Shown: positions 1-9,104, numbered from the stretch's first letter. The stretch is 64,000 nt of DNA from Anthoceros angustus (GCA_010909165.1 MU008163.1:1798001-1862000), one strand, 5' to 3'. Numbers and translations: made by a program. The notes: generated by a model from the sequence alone, not told the origin.

Positions 1-222
1 GGGGTTAAACCAGTATTCATCATTACTTATTACTAGATTACCTGGGTAGTGACTATATATGAGTGGAACGCAAATGGTTTTGTGAAAAAACTGATCACAA
101 AACACAGCAGCGTCCGCACGCCGAATGTGCCAAACACTCAAATGGACTTAGGGTCGTCAATTCAGGGATTAAACCAGCAGTCGTCGTTACTCGTTACTGG
201 GTCACCTAGGTAGTGGCTATTA
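1..222. repeat. Diverged direct repeat, about 58 bp at 1-58 and 165-222 (period about 164 bp)
   Basis: ggggttaaaccagtattcatcattacttattactagattacctgggtagtgactat versus gggattaaaccagcagtcgtcgttactcgttactgggtcacctaggtagtggctat; differences are mostly C/T and G/A transitions. Confidence 0.6.
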
Positions 223-397
223 CGTATGTTGGTATCGGTTTTCCCAACAGCCCTTGAACGGAAGAATTGGTCGCTAAGGAGCAGAGATTAGGTGTAGAGA
301 ACTTTGGTGGTCTGTGACCTAGGGTTGTGGGAAACGAGTCTCGGCTGCGAGTGCTTGCGCTTGCCAAGCATTTTGAGCTGGTGGGCGCGCTGCGTAG

Positions 398-2239
398 ATG
401 GTCGTGATGTCGGCGGTGGAGCTGCTGGGGCATCTGCCGGAGCCTAAGCACAAGGCGGCTCCGGCTTACGATGTCTCCGCGGATGCCTGGTTCAAGGAGC
501 GGCTGGAGGTGGGCAAGCCGGGTTCAGGCACAGCTGCAATCCGGTTCAAGGAGCCCCCGCCATACGGGAAGAGGGCAGGCTTCGTGCCCCGCAGGGTTGA
601 GGATTTTGGAGATGGAGGAGCGTTTCCTGAAGTGCATGTGGCGCAGTACCCGCTCAACATGGGCCGGAAACAGGAAAGGCCGGACAGCAAGATTCTTCCG
701 GTCAGTGTGGATGCGGCGGGGAATATTGCGTTCGATGCTATTGTGAAGCAGGCGGAGAATGCATCCAAGACGGTGTTTTCGCAGCACCAGGATCTGGTGC
801 CCAAGCTGCCTACTGAGGTGGACACGGGTAGACCTGGTGAGGAGGAAATGGCGGAGAGTACGGAGAGAACGAAGGCCGTGTTGGAGAAGATCGTGAGTGC
901 CAGGTTGAGCGCTGCGCAGCCCAAGAGTTTGCCGTCTCATTCTACGGAGCCGGCTTACATCAAGTACACGCCGTCGCAGCAGTCGGCGGCGTTCAATTCT
1001 GGAGCTAAGGAGAGAGTGATCCGTATGGTGGAGATGCCCAAGGATCCCCTGGAGCCTCCCAAGTTCAAGCATAAGCGTGTGCCTAAAGCTTCTGGATCCC
1101 CTCCGGTGCCCGTTATGCACTCCCCGCCTCGGCCGGTGACTGTGAAGGATCAGCAGGATTGGAAGATCCCCCCTTGTATTTCTAACTGGAAGAATCCGAA
1201 AGGGTACACCATTCCGCTTGACAAGCGTTTGGCGGCAGATGGGAGGGGTTTGCAGGAAGTTCAGATTAATGATAACTTTGCTAAGTTTTCGGAGGCGCTA
1301 TATGTTGCAGAGCAGAAGGCTAGGGAAGCCGTGGAGATGAGATCGAAGATCCAGAGGGAGCTGATCCTGAAGGAGAAGGAGAAGAGGGAGCAGGAGCTCC
1401 GTATGCTGGCTCAGAGGGCTCGCATGGAAAGGGCAGGTGGTGGTGCAAGTGCTGGGGGGGATAGAGCTGGAGCGTCTGCTGGAGGCGGTGAAAGAGGGTT
1501 AGGTGTTAGTGGAGGAGCAGGGGATAGAGGTCATGGCGAAATGGATGGTGGAAGGGGAGGTCCTAGCAAGGAGGACCGGGTGAGGGAGACCAAGGAGGAA
1601 CGGGAAGAAAGGCAAAGGAGGGAGTCCATCAGGGAAGATAGGCGCAGAGAGAGGGAGAGGGAGAGGAGGTTGGAAGCTAAAGATGGCCCTGTCAGCAAGA
1701 AGAGCAAGCTCACCAGAGACAGGGACAGGGACGTCAGTGAAAAGGTTGCTCTTGGTATGGCACACGTTGCTGGAGGCGGTGAAGAGGTTATGTACGACCA
1801 GCGTCTGTTCAACCAGGAGCAGGGCATGGAGTCTGGCTTTGGGGCGGACGATTCCTACAATGTGTATGACAAGGGTTTGTTCTCGTCTCATACAGCTCTT
1901 GGAGGCCTTTACAGGCCTAGGAAAGATGCTGATAACGATGCTCCTGCCAACGATGAGCATCTCAAGACTGATAGGTTCAGAGCAGATAAAGGATTTGCAG
2001 GGGCTTCTGAAAGGCCAGGCCCAAGGGATCGACCTGTCGAGTTTGAACGGGATGCCGAGGAGGCAGATCCTTTTGGTCTCGACCAGTTTTTGACCGAGGT
2101 GAAGAAGGGGAAGAAGGCTTTAGATAAAATTGGTGGTGGAGGAACCATGCGAGCAAGTGGTGGTGGAGGCTCGAGAGACGCATATGAGGGTGGGTCTGGC
2201 AGGACCCGCGTCAATTTTGAGCGGGAGCGTGGCAGGTGA
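398..2239 (+). CDS. SKIP: SNW/SKI-interacting protein (spliceosomal Prp45/SKIP), intronless; start at 398 or 407
   Basis: 613-aa ORF with GGAFPEVHVAQYPL, PLEPPKFKHK, PPCISNWKNPKGYTIPLDKRLAADGRGL (SNW motif), YDQRLFNQ and PVEFE...DPFGLDQFL. Confidence 0.97.
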   Translation: MVVMSAVELLGHLPEPKHKAAPAYDVSADAWFKERLEVGKPGSGTAAIRFKEPPPYGKRAGFVPRRVEDFGDGGAFPEVHVAQYPLNMGRKQERPDSKILPVSVDAAGNIAFDAIVKQAENASKTVFSQHQDLVPKLPTEVDTGRPGEEEMAESTERTKAVLEKIVSARLSAAQPKSLPSHSTEPAYIKYTPSQQSAAFNSGAKERVIRMVEMPKDPLEPPKFKHKRVPKASGSPPVPVMHSPPRPVTVKDQQDWKIPPCISNWKNPKGYTIPLDKRLAADGRGLQEVQINDNFAKFSEALYVAEQKAREAVEMRSKIQRELILKEKEKREQELRMLAQRARMERAGGGASAGGDRAGASAGGGERGLGVSGGAGDRGHGEMDGGRGGPSKEDRVRETKEEREERQRRESIREDRRRERERERRLEAKDGPVSKKSKLTRDRDRDVSEKVALGMAHVAGGGEEVMYDQRLFNQEQGMESGFGADDSYNVYDKGLFSSHTALGGLYRPRKDADNDAPANDEHLKTDRFRADKGFAGASERPGPRDRPVEFERDAEEADPFGLDQFLTEVKKGKKALDKIGGGGTMRASGGGGSRDAYEGGSGRTRVNFERERGR

Positions 2240-3065
2240 GACTAGTTGGATCATTCTGAGAGCTGTATATTACTTTGTACGTGTGGGGAAGGTTCATGCG
2301 TAAGTTTGGTATAATTAAGGTGACTTTCACAATCACTAGTCTGTATTGATTGTACACATCTTAACAACTTATGCCGCTCCATTGCAACAAGATGTCCGGT
2401 CCAATAAGCTGTGAATGTTACAATCTGTGACAGGCATCTAGTGAACCATCAAACTTCCTTCTCTTGGTTTCAAGTAACAAATTATAGTAAATTCATCCCT
2501 ACATTGGTCAGGCACACAAAGTATGACGTGCTTCGAGCTTGTCGCCCTGAATTGTTTGTGCATCCCTGATTCTTTGCGTAGACTTTCTTCGTTCACCATC
2601 CCCTATGGGACAATTGTCTCCTTCATTGATGAGAATGTCTTCGGTAAAGTTCTTGGGTCTGTACTTTGTACAGAGAGTTGACAAGAAGCCTGACGTTCTG
2701 TTTGTGTCAGCCTGGGATAGATTGGGGTGTTCAGTCCAGTCTGCATCTTGTAGGCAAGCTTGCCCACAAGATACATACTGAACTATATTTCGTCCATATG
2801 GTCTGTAGACTAGCTCGTGGGCAAGCTGCTGCATGACTTGCGAGATCTTTGTCTACCGAAGACATGGAACTCGTGAGAGGATTTAAAGAAGAGGGGATTC
2901 TCCATGGCAGAAACAAACATTAAACAAGAGGAGGAAGAAGGAAAAAGAATTTATAGTCGGCCAAGTGATATACCGTTTAAGTTTTTTTTGAGTTTCGAGA
3001 TCTTGGGCCAATTTGAGCAAAGGCCAAACTCCATCATTGGATTTTAGGCACGCATCAGCCCAAGG

Positions 3066-5552
3066 TTAAAATGCCAGTTCCAGATGTCTGGGTGCTTCTT
3101 GCAAATTGAGGTGCCTTAGCGTGGCATGGATCTCTTCAATCTGTGGATGTCTGGTATCTCCCACCACAAACACATGCATAGTCCCCAAGTGCTCTGTCCA
3201 GCTCTGACCGGCCGTTTTCCAAGCTCGTTCACTTAGTCTCAACTCTTGTATCTTCCTGGCATCCTCCCACCTCTGCGCAAGAGAATACATGCTTGACATA
3301 ACCACATAGGCTGCTCCATATTTGGGGTCCAACTTGACTACACCATCAAAGGCACGCCTTCCCAGCTCTATATTTTGGTAAGTCCGGCAGGCACCCAGTA
3401 AAGACAACCACATGGTTACATCAGGCTCAGTGGGCATGGTCAAGAGAACAGTCTCAGCATCGAGTAAACGTCCTGCGCGGCTGAGGAGGTCCACGAGGCA
3501 AGCATAATGGCGAGCAGTCGGGGTTATGCTGTAAAGATTGCTCATGGAATGAAAGAAGGCAAGGCCCTCCTCGACTAGGCCAGCATGACTGCACGCAGCC
3601 AACAATGATATAAACGTGATTCCATCAGGCTCTACACCCGCCTTTTGCATATCCAAAAAGCACTGCAAGCTGCTTGCACAGTCGCCATGCCTTGCATGTG
3701 CTGCAATCATTGAATTCCACAAGACTGGGTGATGCTTAGGCAGGCTGTCGAAGACACATCGGGCCTTCACTATGCTCCCACATTTGCTGTACGCATGTAC
3801 AAGGTTGCTAGCTGCATTCACACTCCAGTCTACTTCGCTGTCTATTATGTCCTGATGAATCTGCATGCATACATCAAGAGCTCCAACGTTGCTGCACACC
3901 TTAAGGATACTGAGAAATGCCGCCTGATCTGGTTGCACACCCTGCCCCTTCATTCTGGAATAAAGTTCTATGGCCTTATCTACCTGATTTTGCTCAGCAT
4001 ATCCTTCTATCATTGCTGTCCAGGATACCACATTTGGATGTTGAATTTTGTTGAATACTTGCTCTGCATCCACCATATTGCCACACTTCCCATACAAGTG
4101 GATGAGACTGTTACAAATAAAGAGATCCCTCCCAAAACCCCTCCTCACCACTTCAGCGTGCACGAGTTTAGCCTTTGCCAGGCAGTCTAGTCTAGCTGAT
4201 TCCCTCCCCATGAACGTCTCCTCTTCCATCGCTGCCAAGCATGCACATGCTTTAAGCACACTAACGAAGGTCCAATTATCTGGCCTTATACCAACCTCTA
4301 GCATTTGAGAGTAGAGAAGTAGGGCCTTTCCACCCTGTCCTTGCTGAGCATACCCTCCAATCATTGCACTCCACGATACCACATCCCGCTGAGGCAACCT
4401 ATCAAAAACATTCTGCGCATCTGACATGCTCCCACATTTAGCATACATGTCAACCAGAGTCGTGCCAACAAACAACCCCAATTCACATCCTTGTTTCACA
4501 ACTTGAGCATGAATCTCCCGGCCCCTTACAAGACTATCTGCTTTGACATACTGTCCACTGACAAACAACTCCTGCTCACTTGCTGCCAGGCTGCCACAGG
4601 ACTTGAGGGCACTGACAAACGTGCGCTCATTTGGCCTCACAGACCCATCCAGCATTTGGGCATAGAGTTGCAGTGCCTTATTGCCCTGCTCTTGCTGCGC
4701 ATACCCAGAAATCATGGCATTCCAGGCCACCACATCACGCTCCGTCAAAGTGTCAAACACACGCTCAGCATCCACCATGCTCCCACATTTGGCATACATG
4801 TCCACGAGAGTAGTGCCTACAATGAGGTCCGAACCGTGGCCAAACTCGACAGCTTCAGCGTGGATGCCCCTCCCCTCTTCCAGTTCTGCTAACCTAGCAC
4901 ACACTTTCATCAAGCTCAGCAGAAGGTACTTGCTTGGCTGGAAGCTGTCCCCGCGCATCTGCTTGTAGCTTATCAGAGCGTCTCGATACCGTCCCCCTTT
5001 CATGTGTGCTGATATCATTGCAGTCCATGAGAAAACATTACGTCGGGACGGCCTATGCGCTGCATCTGGAAGATCCTCACATTTCACAGACCTCTTCACA
5101 ACAGCACTCCCAGACCCATCATCTGCCCCTGCACAATGCCCCTCCAACCCAGCATCCCACCTGGCCAGCTCTCCACCCAACAACCCAAGCGTCTGCGGAC
5201 TATTCAGCCGCAGGGGCTCTTTGGTGGCTTTGTGCCTGAAGTCAGGATGCTGGGGCCTACTCTTATCGGGCCTCCTGTCCCACAATCTTTCAGGATGAAG
5301 GCAGAAGTATTCCCACAAGAGCTGCTGCCGCTCCCTCCCCAAACTTCCACACCTAATCCTTGCAGCAGGAGCTCGAGAGCACTGCCCCAGGGTCCCCAGC
5401 TTGAAGCTCCCCAACACCACATATCCGCCACCTCCAGATAGTAAATGTTTAGCTGGCCAGACCAAACCAAGCGGCTGCCGTTCTTGCTGCAGCACCCAAA
5501 TGCCTGCATCCGACACCCTCACATACCAAGGCCCTTGTTCTAGTTTTCGCAT
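3066..5552 (-). CDS. PLS-class PPR protein with E/E+ end and no DYW; N-terminal targeting peptide and degenerate PDF motif
   Basis: 828-aa intronless ORF; repeated VGTTLVDMYAKCGS / DVVAWNAMISGY / TFVSALK triplets; C-terminal TFISLLAACSHAGLVEEG, HYACLVDLLSRAG, E1/E2 and AGQSWTE...HVFVVGDTRHPQ. Confidence 0.95.
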   Translation of the reverse strand: MRKLEQGPWYVRVSDAGIWVLQQERQPLGLVWPAKHLLSGGGGYVVLGSFKLGTLGQCSRAPAARIRCGSLGRERQQLLWEYFCLHPERLWDRRPDKSRPQHPDFRHKATKEPLRLNSPQTLGLLGGELARWDAGLEGHCAGADDGSGSAVVKRSVKCEDLPDAAHRPSRRNVFSWTAMISAHMKGGRYRDALISYKQMRGDSFQPSKYLLLSLMKVCARLAELEEGRGIHAEAVEFGHGSDLIVGTTLVDMYAKCGSMVDAERVFDTLTERDVVAWNAMISGYAQQEQGNKALQLYAQMLDGSVRPNERTFVSALKSCGSLAASEQELFVSGQYVKADSLVRGREIHAQVVKQGCELGLFVGTTLVDMYAKCGSMSDAQNVFDRLPQRDVVSWSAMIGGYAQQGQGGKALLLYSQMLEVGIRPDNWTFVSVLKACACLAAMEEETFMGRESARLDCLAKAKLVHAEVVRRGFGRDLFICNSLIHLYGKCGNMVDAEQVFNKIQHPNVVSWTAMIEGYAEQNQVDKAIELYSRMKGQGVQPDQAAFLSILKVCSNVGALDVCMQIHQDIIDSEVDWSVNAASNLVHAYSKCGSIVKARCVFDSLPKHHPVLWNSMIAAHARHGDCASSLQCFLDMQKAGVEPDGITFISLLAACSHAGLVEEGLAFFHSMSNLYSITPTARHYACLVDLLSRAGRLLDAETVLLTMPTEPDVTMWLSLLGACRTYQNIELGRRAFDGVVKLDPKYGAAYVVMSSMYSLAQRWEDARKIQELRLSERAWKTAGQSWTEHLGTMHVFVVGDTRHPQIEEIHATLRHLNLQEAPRHLELAF

Positions 5553-5682
5553 CAGATCTTATGTGAGGAATCAATGAAAACGACGCTCCTTCTTAAAGGA
5601 GCACAACATTTCCCCACAGAGAGTTTATCAGCCAGCGCAAGTGCACTAGGTCTAACCTGGAAACCCAATTCAACAGGCAAAC

Positions 5683-6093
5683 ATGGCAGGCAGCTCAAGC
5701 TCGACGAGGACGCAGCTCGACCACGAAGGGTCCTCCACAGGATGGGTGGAAGCTTACACAACATGCCCACATCTCCATCACGTGGCTTTGGACGGCTGCT
5801 CGTTTCCTGGCCCGGACTCTGTGTGCAAGCAGTGCGAGGACCCGTCAGAAAATTGGCTATGCTTGAGCTGCCTCGAAGTCCTGTGCGGTCGCTACATGAA
5901 CGGCCATATGCTTCGTCACTCTGAGGAGGAAGGCCATCCTGTAGCCATCAGCTACCGAGATCTCTCTGTCTGGTGTTTCGCTTGCGACCACTACCTGGAC
6001 GGGCAGGTGATCACAGCCTTAAGGCCTGCCTTCGAGAAGCTGCACGAGCACAAGTTCGGTGTGCCCCCTCCGCCACGCCACACGCAGACATAA
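5683..6093 (+). CDS. Stand-alone ZnF-UBP (BUZ) ubiquitin-binding zinc-finger protein, HDAC6 C-terminal type
   Basis: CPHL...CKQC...ENWLCLSCLEVLCGRYMNGHMLRH...GHPVAISYRDLSVWCFACDHY...HEHKFG matches the HDAC6 ZnF-UBP pattern; the ORF has its own ATG and stop. Confidence 0.9.
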   Translation: MAGSSSSTRTQLDHEGSSTGWVEAYTTCPHLHHVALDGCSFPGPDSVCKQCEDPSENWLCLSCLEVLCGRYMNGHMLRHSEEEGHPVAISYRDLSVWCFACDHYLDGQVITALRPAFEKLHEHKFGVPPPPRHTQT

Positions 6094-6418
6094 GGAGTTC
6101 TCAATCTCTTTGAAATGTCTCACCATTCCTGCATGAGGCGAGGCAACGTGCCAGTGGAGAGGACGTCCTTCGTAGACAATGGACTTCCTGCTGGATTTGA
6201 GAGAAGGATGATGTGACGAGGACGCTGTGATTTTGATTAGCCTTCGCCCTTGTTTGTAAAAATTTTGATAGGTGTGATGTTTTGTACAAAGTGTTGCTGG
6301 CCGTGAGGTGCGGCCATGAGATGAGCTCGCAACGTGCAAGATGGCCAAGCGACGGCTATGGAGAGGATTTCCTGCACAGTGTGTCGTCCATATCAGGGTT
6401 TTGGATAGGAGATCAATT

Positions 6419-6580
6419 CATGAGGACGCTGTGATTTAGGCTTTAGCTGAAAGAGATGACATTGATGAGGATGCTGTAAGTTAGGCTAGCTGGAAGAGAT
6501 GAATTGATGAGGACGCTGTGATTCAGCCTGAATCGGATGAAGAGATGACATCCATGAGTACGCTGTGACTTGGCTCGCTG
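6419..6580. repeat. Minisatellite, about 44-bp unit x4 (atgaggacgctgtgatt...gaagagatga), with an extra partial copy near 6220
   Basis: atgaggacgctgtg-type core recurs at about 6420, 6468, 6508 and 6555. Confidence 0.7.
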
Positions 6581-6830
6581 CAGAGGTGCGTCAAATTTTC
6601 AAGCGAACCTGTCGATTGCAAATTGTTGTAGACGTGCTTCATCAGAATGGCGCACTATCGGTGACACCATGCTCGAAATTGAGGAAGAAGGGCGTAGCCT
6701 AGAGGATCGAGTTTAGGGGCAGGTAGTTTTGTTGATGGTTGTAAAATTAATAAATTTGAAGATAAAAAATATCCATGATAGATAAGGGGGCTGATACTCC
6801 AAGCCGGGTCCGTGCGCCGCTGAAATTAAC

Positions 6831-9104
6831 ATGGCGATGGCGCTGGATCTGCCATTGCAACAACGGCCACGGAATTCGAGGCTCTCGGATGCCCGCATTG
6901 GGGTGCTGAAGCAGCAAGGGCCGCTGCTGTGGCCAGTTAAGCATTTCGTATCCGGGGATGGTGGGTGTGGGGTGTTGGGGAGCTTCAAGCTGGGCGCCCT
7001 GGGGCAGTGCTCCCAAGCTCCTGCTGCAGGAAGCAGTGGACAAATTTCAAGGAAGGAGCGGCAGGAGCTCTTGTGGGAAGACTTCTTCCTTGATCCTACG
7101 CAATGGTGGGACAACAGGCCCGATAAGAGAAGTCCCCGGCATCCTGACTTCAGGCACAAAGCCACCAAGGAGCCCCTGTGGCTGAACAGTCCTAAGAAGC
7201 CTGGGTGGGTGGATGATGAGCTGGCCCGGTGGGATGCTGGGTTGGAGGGGCATTATGCAGGGACTGAGGATGGGTCAGGGGATTCGATGGTTAGAATGTT
7301 GAGGAGAACTTGTGAGGAGGGAGATTTGGGGGAGGCTGTCGGGGCCTTGGAGCTGCTGTTGCAGAGAGGGTTTCCCATAAGCCAGTCTCTCTTCTATCCT
7401 GTTCTGAAGAGGTGCATGGCAGAAGAGGGGCTTCTGTTTGGTAGGCGTGTTCATGCTCTTGCTGTGGGAAGTGGGTATGATTCGCACCCGTTTGTGGCTA
7501 ATCACATCATTGGCATGTATGCTTATCATGGAGAGCTGGAGGAGGCAGCACATGTTTTCTGTAAGTTGCCCTCCCCTGATGTGTATATGTGGGCCACAAT
7601 GATTTTCGCACGGGCTAACCATGGACAGCCTGTGGAGGCTGTGAAGCTGTATCAGCAAATGCGGGACACCAATGTGAAGGCAGATAACCGCATATTTGTG
7701 GCAGTCCTGAAAGCGTGTGCCTCTGCGGTGGATCTGGCTGCAGGCAGGCAGGTGCATCGGGATATTGTGAAGAGTGATTTGACGGCCGATATTTTTGTTG
7801 GGTCCAGCCTGGTGAATATGTATGCCAAATGCGGGAGCTTGGACGAAGCTCGGGAGGTGTTTGACAGGTTGGCCACAAGGGATGTGGTGACATGGACTAC
7901 CATGATTTCAGGATATACGCAGCAAGAGCGTGGTCGGGAGGCCATGGCTCTCTTTGCGAAAATGCAAGAGGATGGTATAATTGTTGCAGATAAAGTTTCC
8001 TTGGCGTGCCTTCTACAAGCATGTGCCAGGGTCGGAGCTCTGCAGCAGGGCAAGCAGCTTCATGCGCAGATTGAGAAAAGGGGGTTGGAAGATGAAGTGC
8101 TACTGGGCAGCGCTCTGGTGGACATGTACGCAAAATGTGGAAGCTTGGATGAAGCCCGGAGAGTTTTGAAGAGGTTACCCACAAGAGACGTCGTGACATG
8201 GAATGCTTTGCTCAATGGCTACGCTGAGCATGGGCATGGTGACCTGGCCATGCAATGTTTTGAAGACATGGGTCGGCAAGGTGTCCAGCCTGATGAGACA
8301 ACTTTCATTTCTCTGCTTGTGGCATGTAGTCATGCTGGCCTGGTTCAAGAGGGCCAGCGCTATTTCAGAATGATGGCTGACGACTACGGCATTGTTCCCA
8401 CTGCGTATCACTACAGCTGCATGGTTGATCTTCTTGGACGATCTGGCTGTCTGGATGAGGCCGAAAAATTGATGCAAACGCCGACATTTGAGAAGAATCC
8501 TGTTGGTTGGAAGGCTTTGCTCAGTGCTTGCAAAAACCATGGTGATTTAGAGCGTGGTAGACGGTGCTTTGACCGTCTTGTGGAGCTGGAACCTGAAAGT
8601 GCAAGCTCGTACGTGCTTTTGGGGAACATCTATGCGAATGCAGGGATGTGGGGTGATGTAGACAGACTAGAAAAATTGAGAAAGTCAGCAGGGGCTATGA
8701 AGAAGCCAGCGAAAGCATGCATTGAAGTGAAGAATGAGGTGCATGAGTTCACGGTAGGAGAAGATAGGTCCGACATTTATGGCAAGCTGAAGAGTGTGAA
8801 TACGAGGCTGAAGGAGGAAGGAGGCCATGTGCCGCACACGCAGTTAGTTTTGAAGGCAGTGACTGAGCAGGAGAAGGAGGATTCTTTGTGTGGACATGCC
8901 GAAAAGTTGGCCTTGGCTTATGGTTTGATGAACACCCCAGATGGCACAACTTTGATAGTTACAAAAAACCTTCGAATGTGTAATGACTGCCACAGCAGCA
9001 CCAAGATTATGTCTCATCTTGAGAAGCGGGAGATTGTTGTCAGAGATGCTCATCGAGTACACCGTTTTTTGGATGGTTCATGCTCATGTGGGGATCGGCA
9101 TTAA
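6831..9104 (+). CDS. PLS-class PPR-E-DYW:KP protein ending in DRH (candidate U-to-C RNA editing factor) with an N-terminal PDF motif
   Basis: 757-aa intronless ORF; PLS triplets; KKPAKACIEV replaces the PG box; HAEKLA...CNDCH zinc site; ends SCSCGDRH; residues 80-134 are LLWEDFFLDPTQWWDNRPDKRSPRHPDFRHKATKEPLWLNSPKKPGWVDDEL. Confidence 0.96.
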   Translation: MAMALDLPLQQRPRNSRLSDARIGVLKQQGPLLWPVKHFVSGDGGCGVLGSFKLGALGQCSQAPAAGSSGQISRKERQELLWEDFFLDPTQWWDNRPDKRSPRHPDFRHKATKEPLWLNSPKKPGWVDDELARWDAGLEGHYAGTEDGSGDSMVRMLRRTCEEGDLGEAVGALELLLQRGFPISQSLFYPVLKRCMAEEGLLFGRRVHALAVGSGYDSHPFVANHIIGMYAYHGELEEAAHVFCKLPSPDVYMWATMIFARANHGQPVEAVKLYQQMRDTNVKADNRIFVAVLKACASAVDLAAGRQVHRDIVKSDLTADIFVGSSLVNMYAKCGSLDEAREVFDRLATRDVVTWTTMISGYTQQERGREAMALFAKMQEDGIIVADKVSLACLLQACARVGALQQGKQLHAQIEKRGLEDEVLLGSALVDMYAKCGSLDEARRVLKRLPTRDVVTWNALLNGYAEHGHGDLAMQCFEDMGRQGVQPDETTFISLLVACSHAGLVQEGQRYFRMMADDYGIVPTAYHYSCMVDLLGRSGCLDEAEKLMQTPTFEKNPVGWKALLSACKNHGDLERGRRCFDRLVELEPESASSYVLLGNIYANAGMWGDVDRLEKLRKSAGAMKKPAKACIEVKNEVHEFTVGEDRSDIYGKLKSVNTRLKEEGGHVPHTQLVLKAVTEQEKEDSLCGHAEKLALAYGLMNTPDGTTLIVTKNLRMCNDCHSSTKIMSHLEKREIVVRDAHRVHRFLDGSCSCGDRH

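Noticed and set aside
466-2214. Several antisense and alternate-frame ORFs inside SKIP (and similarly inside the PPR, YSL and NPF genes)
   Set aside because: Expected shadows of long, GC-rich coding sequence; no recognisable domains.
2508-2834. 108-aa minus-strand ORF containing TLCTKYRPKNF, reminiscent of the clamp-loader/STICHEL KYRP motif
   Set aside because: No Walker A or other AAA+ motif follows; it lies between convergent 3-prime ends and is probably chance.
6419-6580. TGATGA...CTGA motifs suggesting a C/D snoRNA cluster
   Set aside because: The motifs belong to a 44-bp minisatellite; box spacing is too short, with no terminal stems or recognisable rRNA guide.
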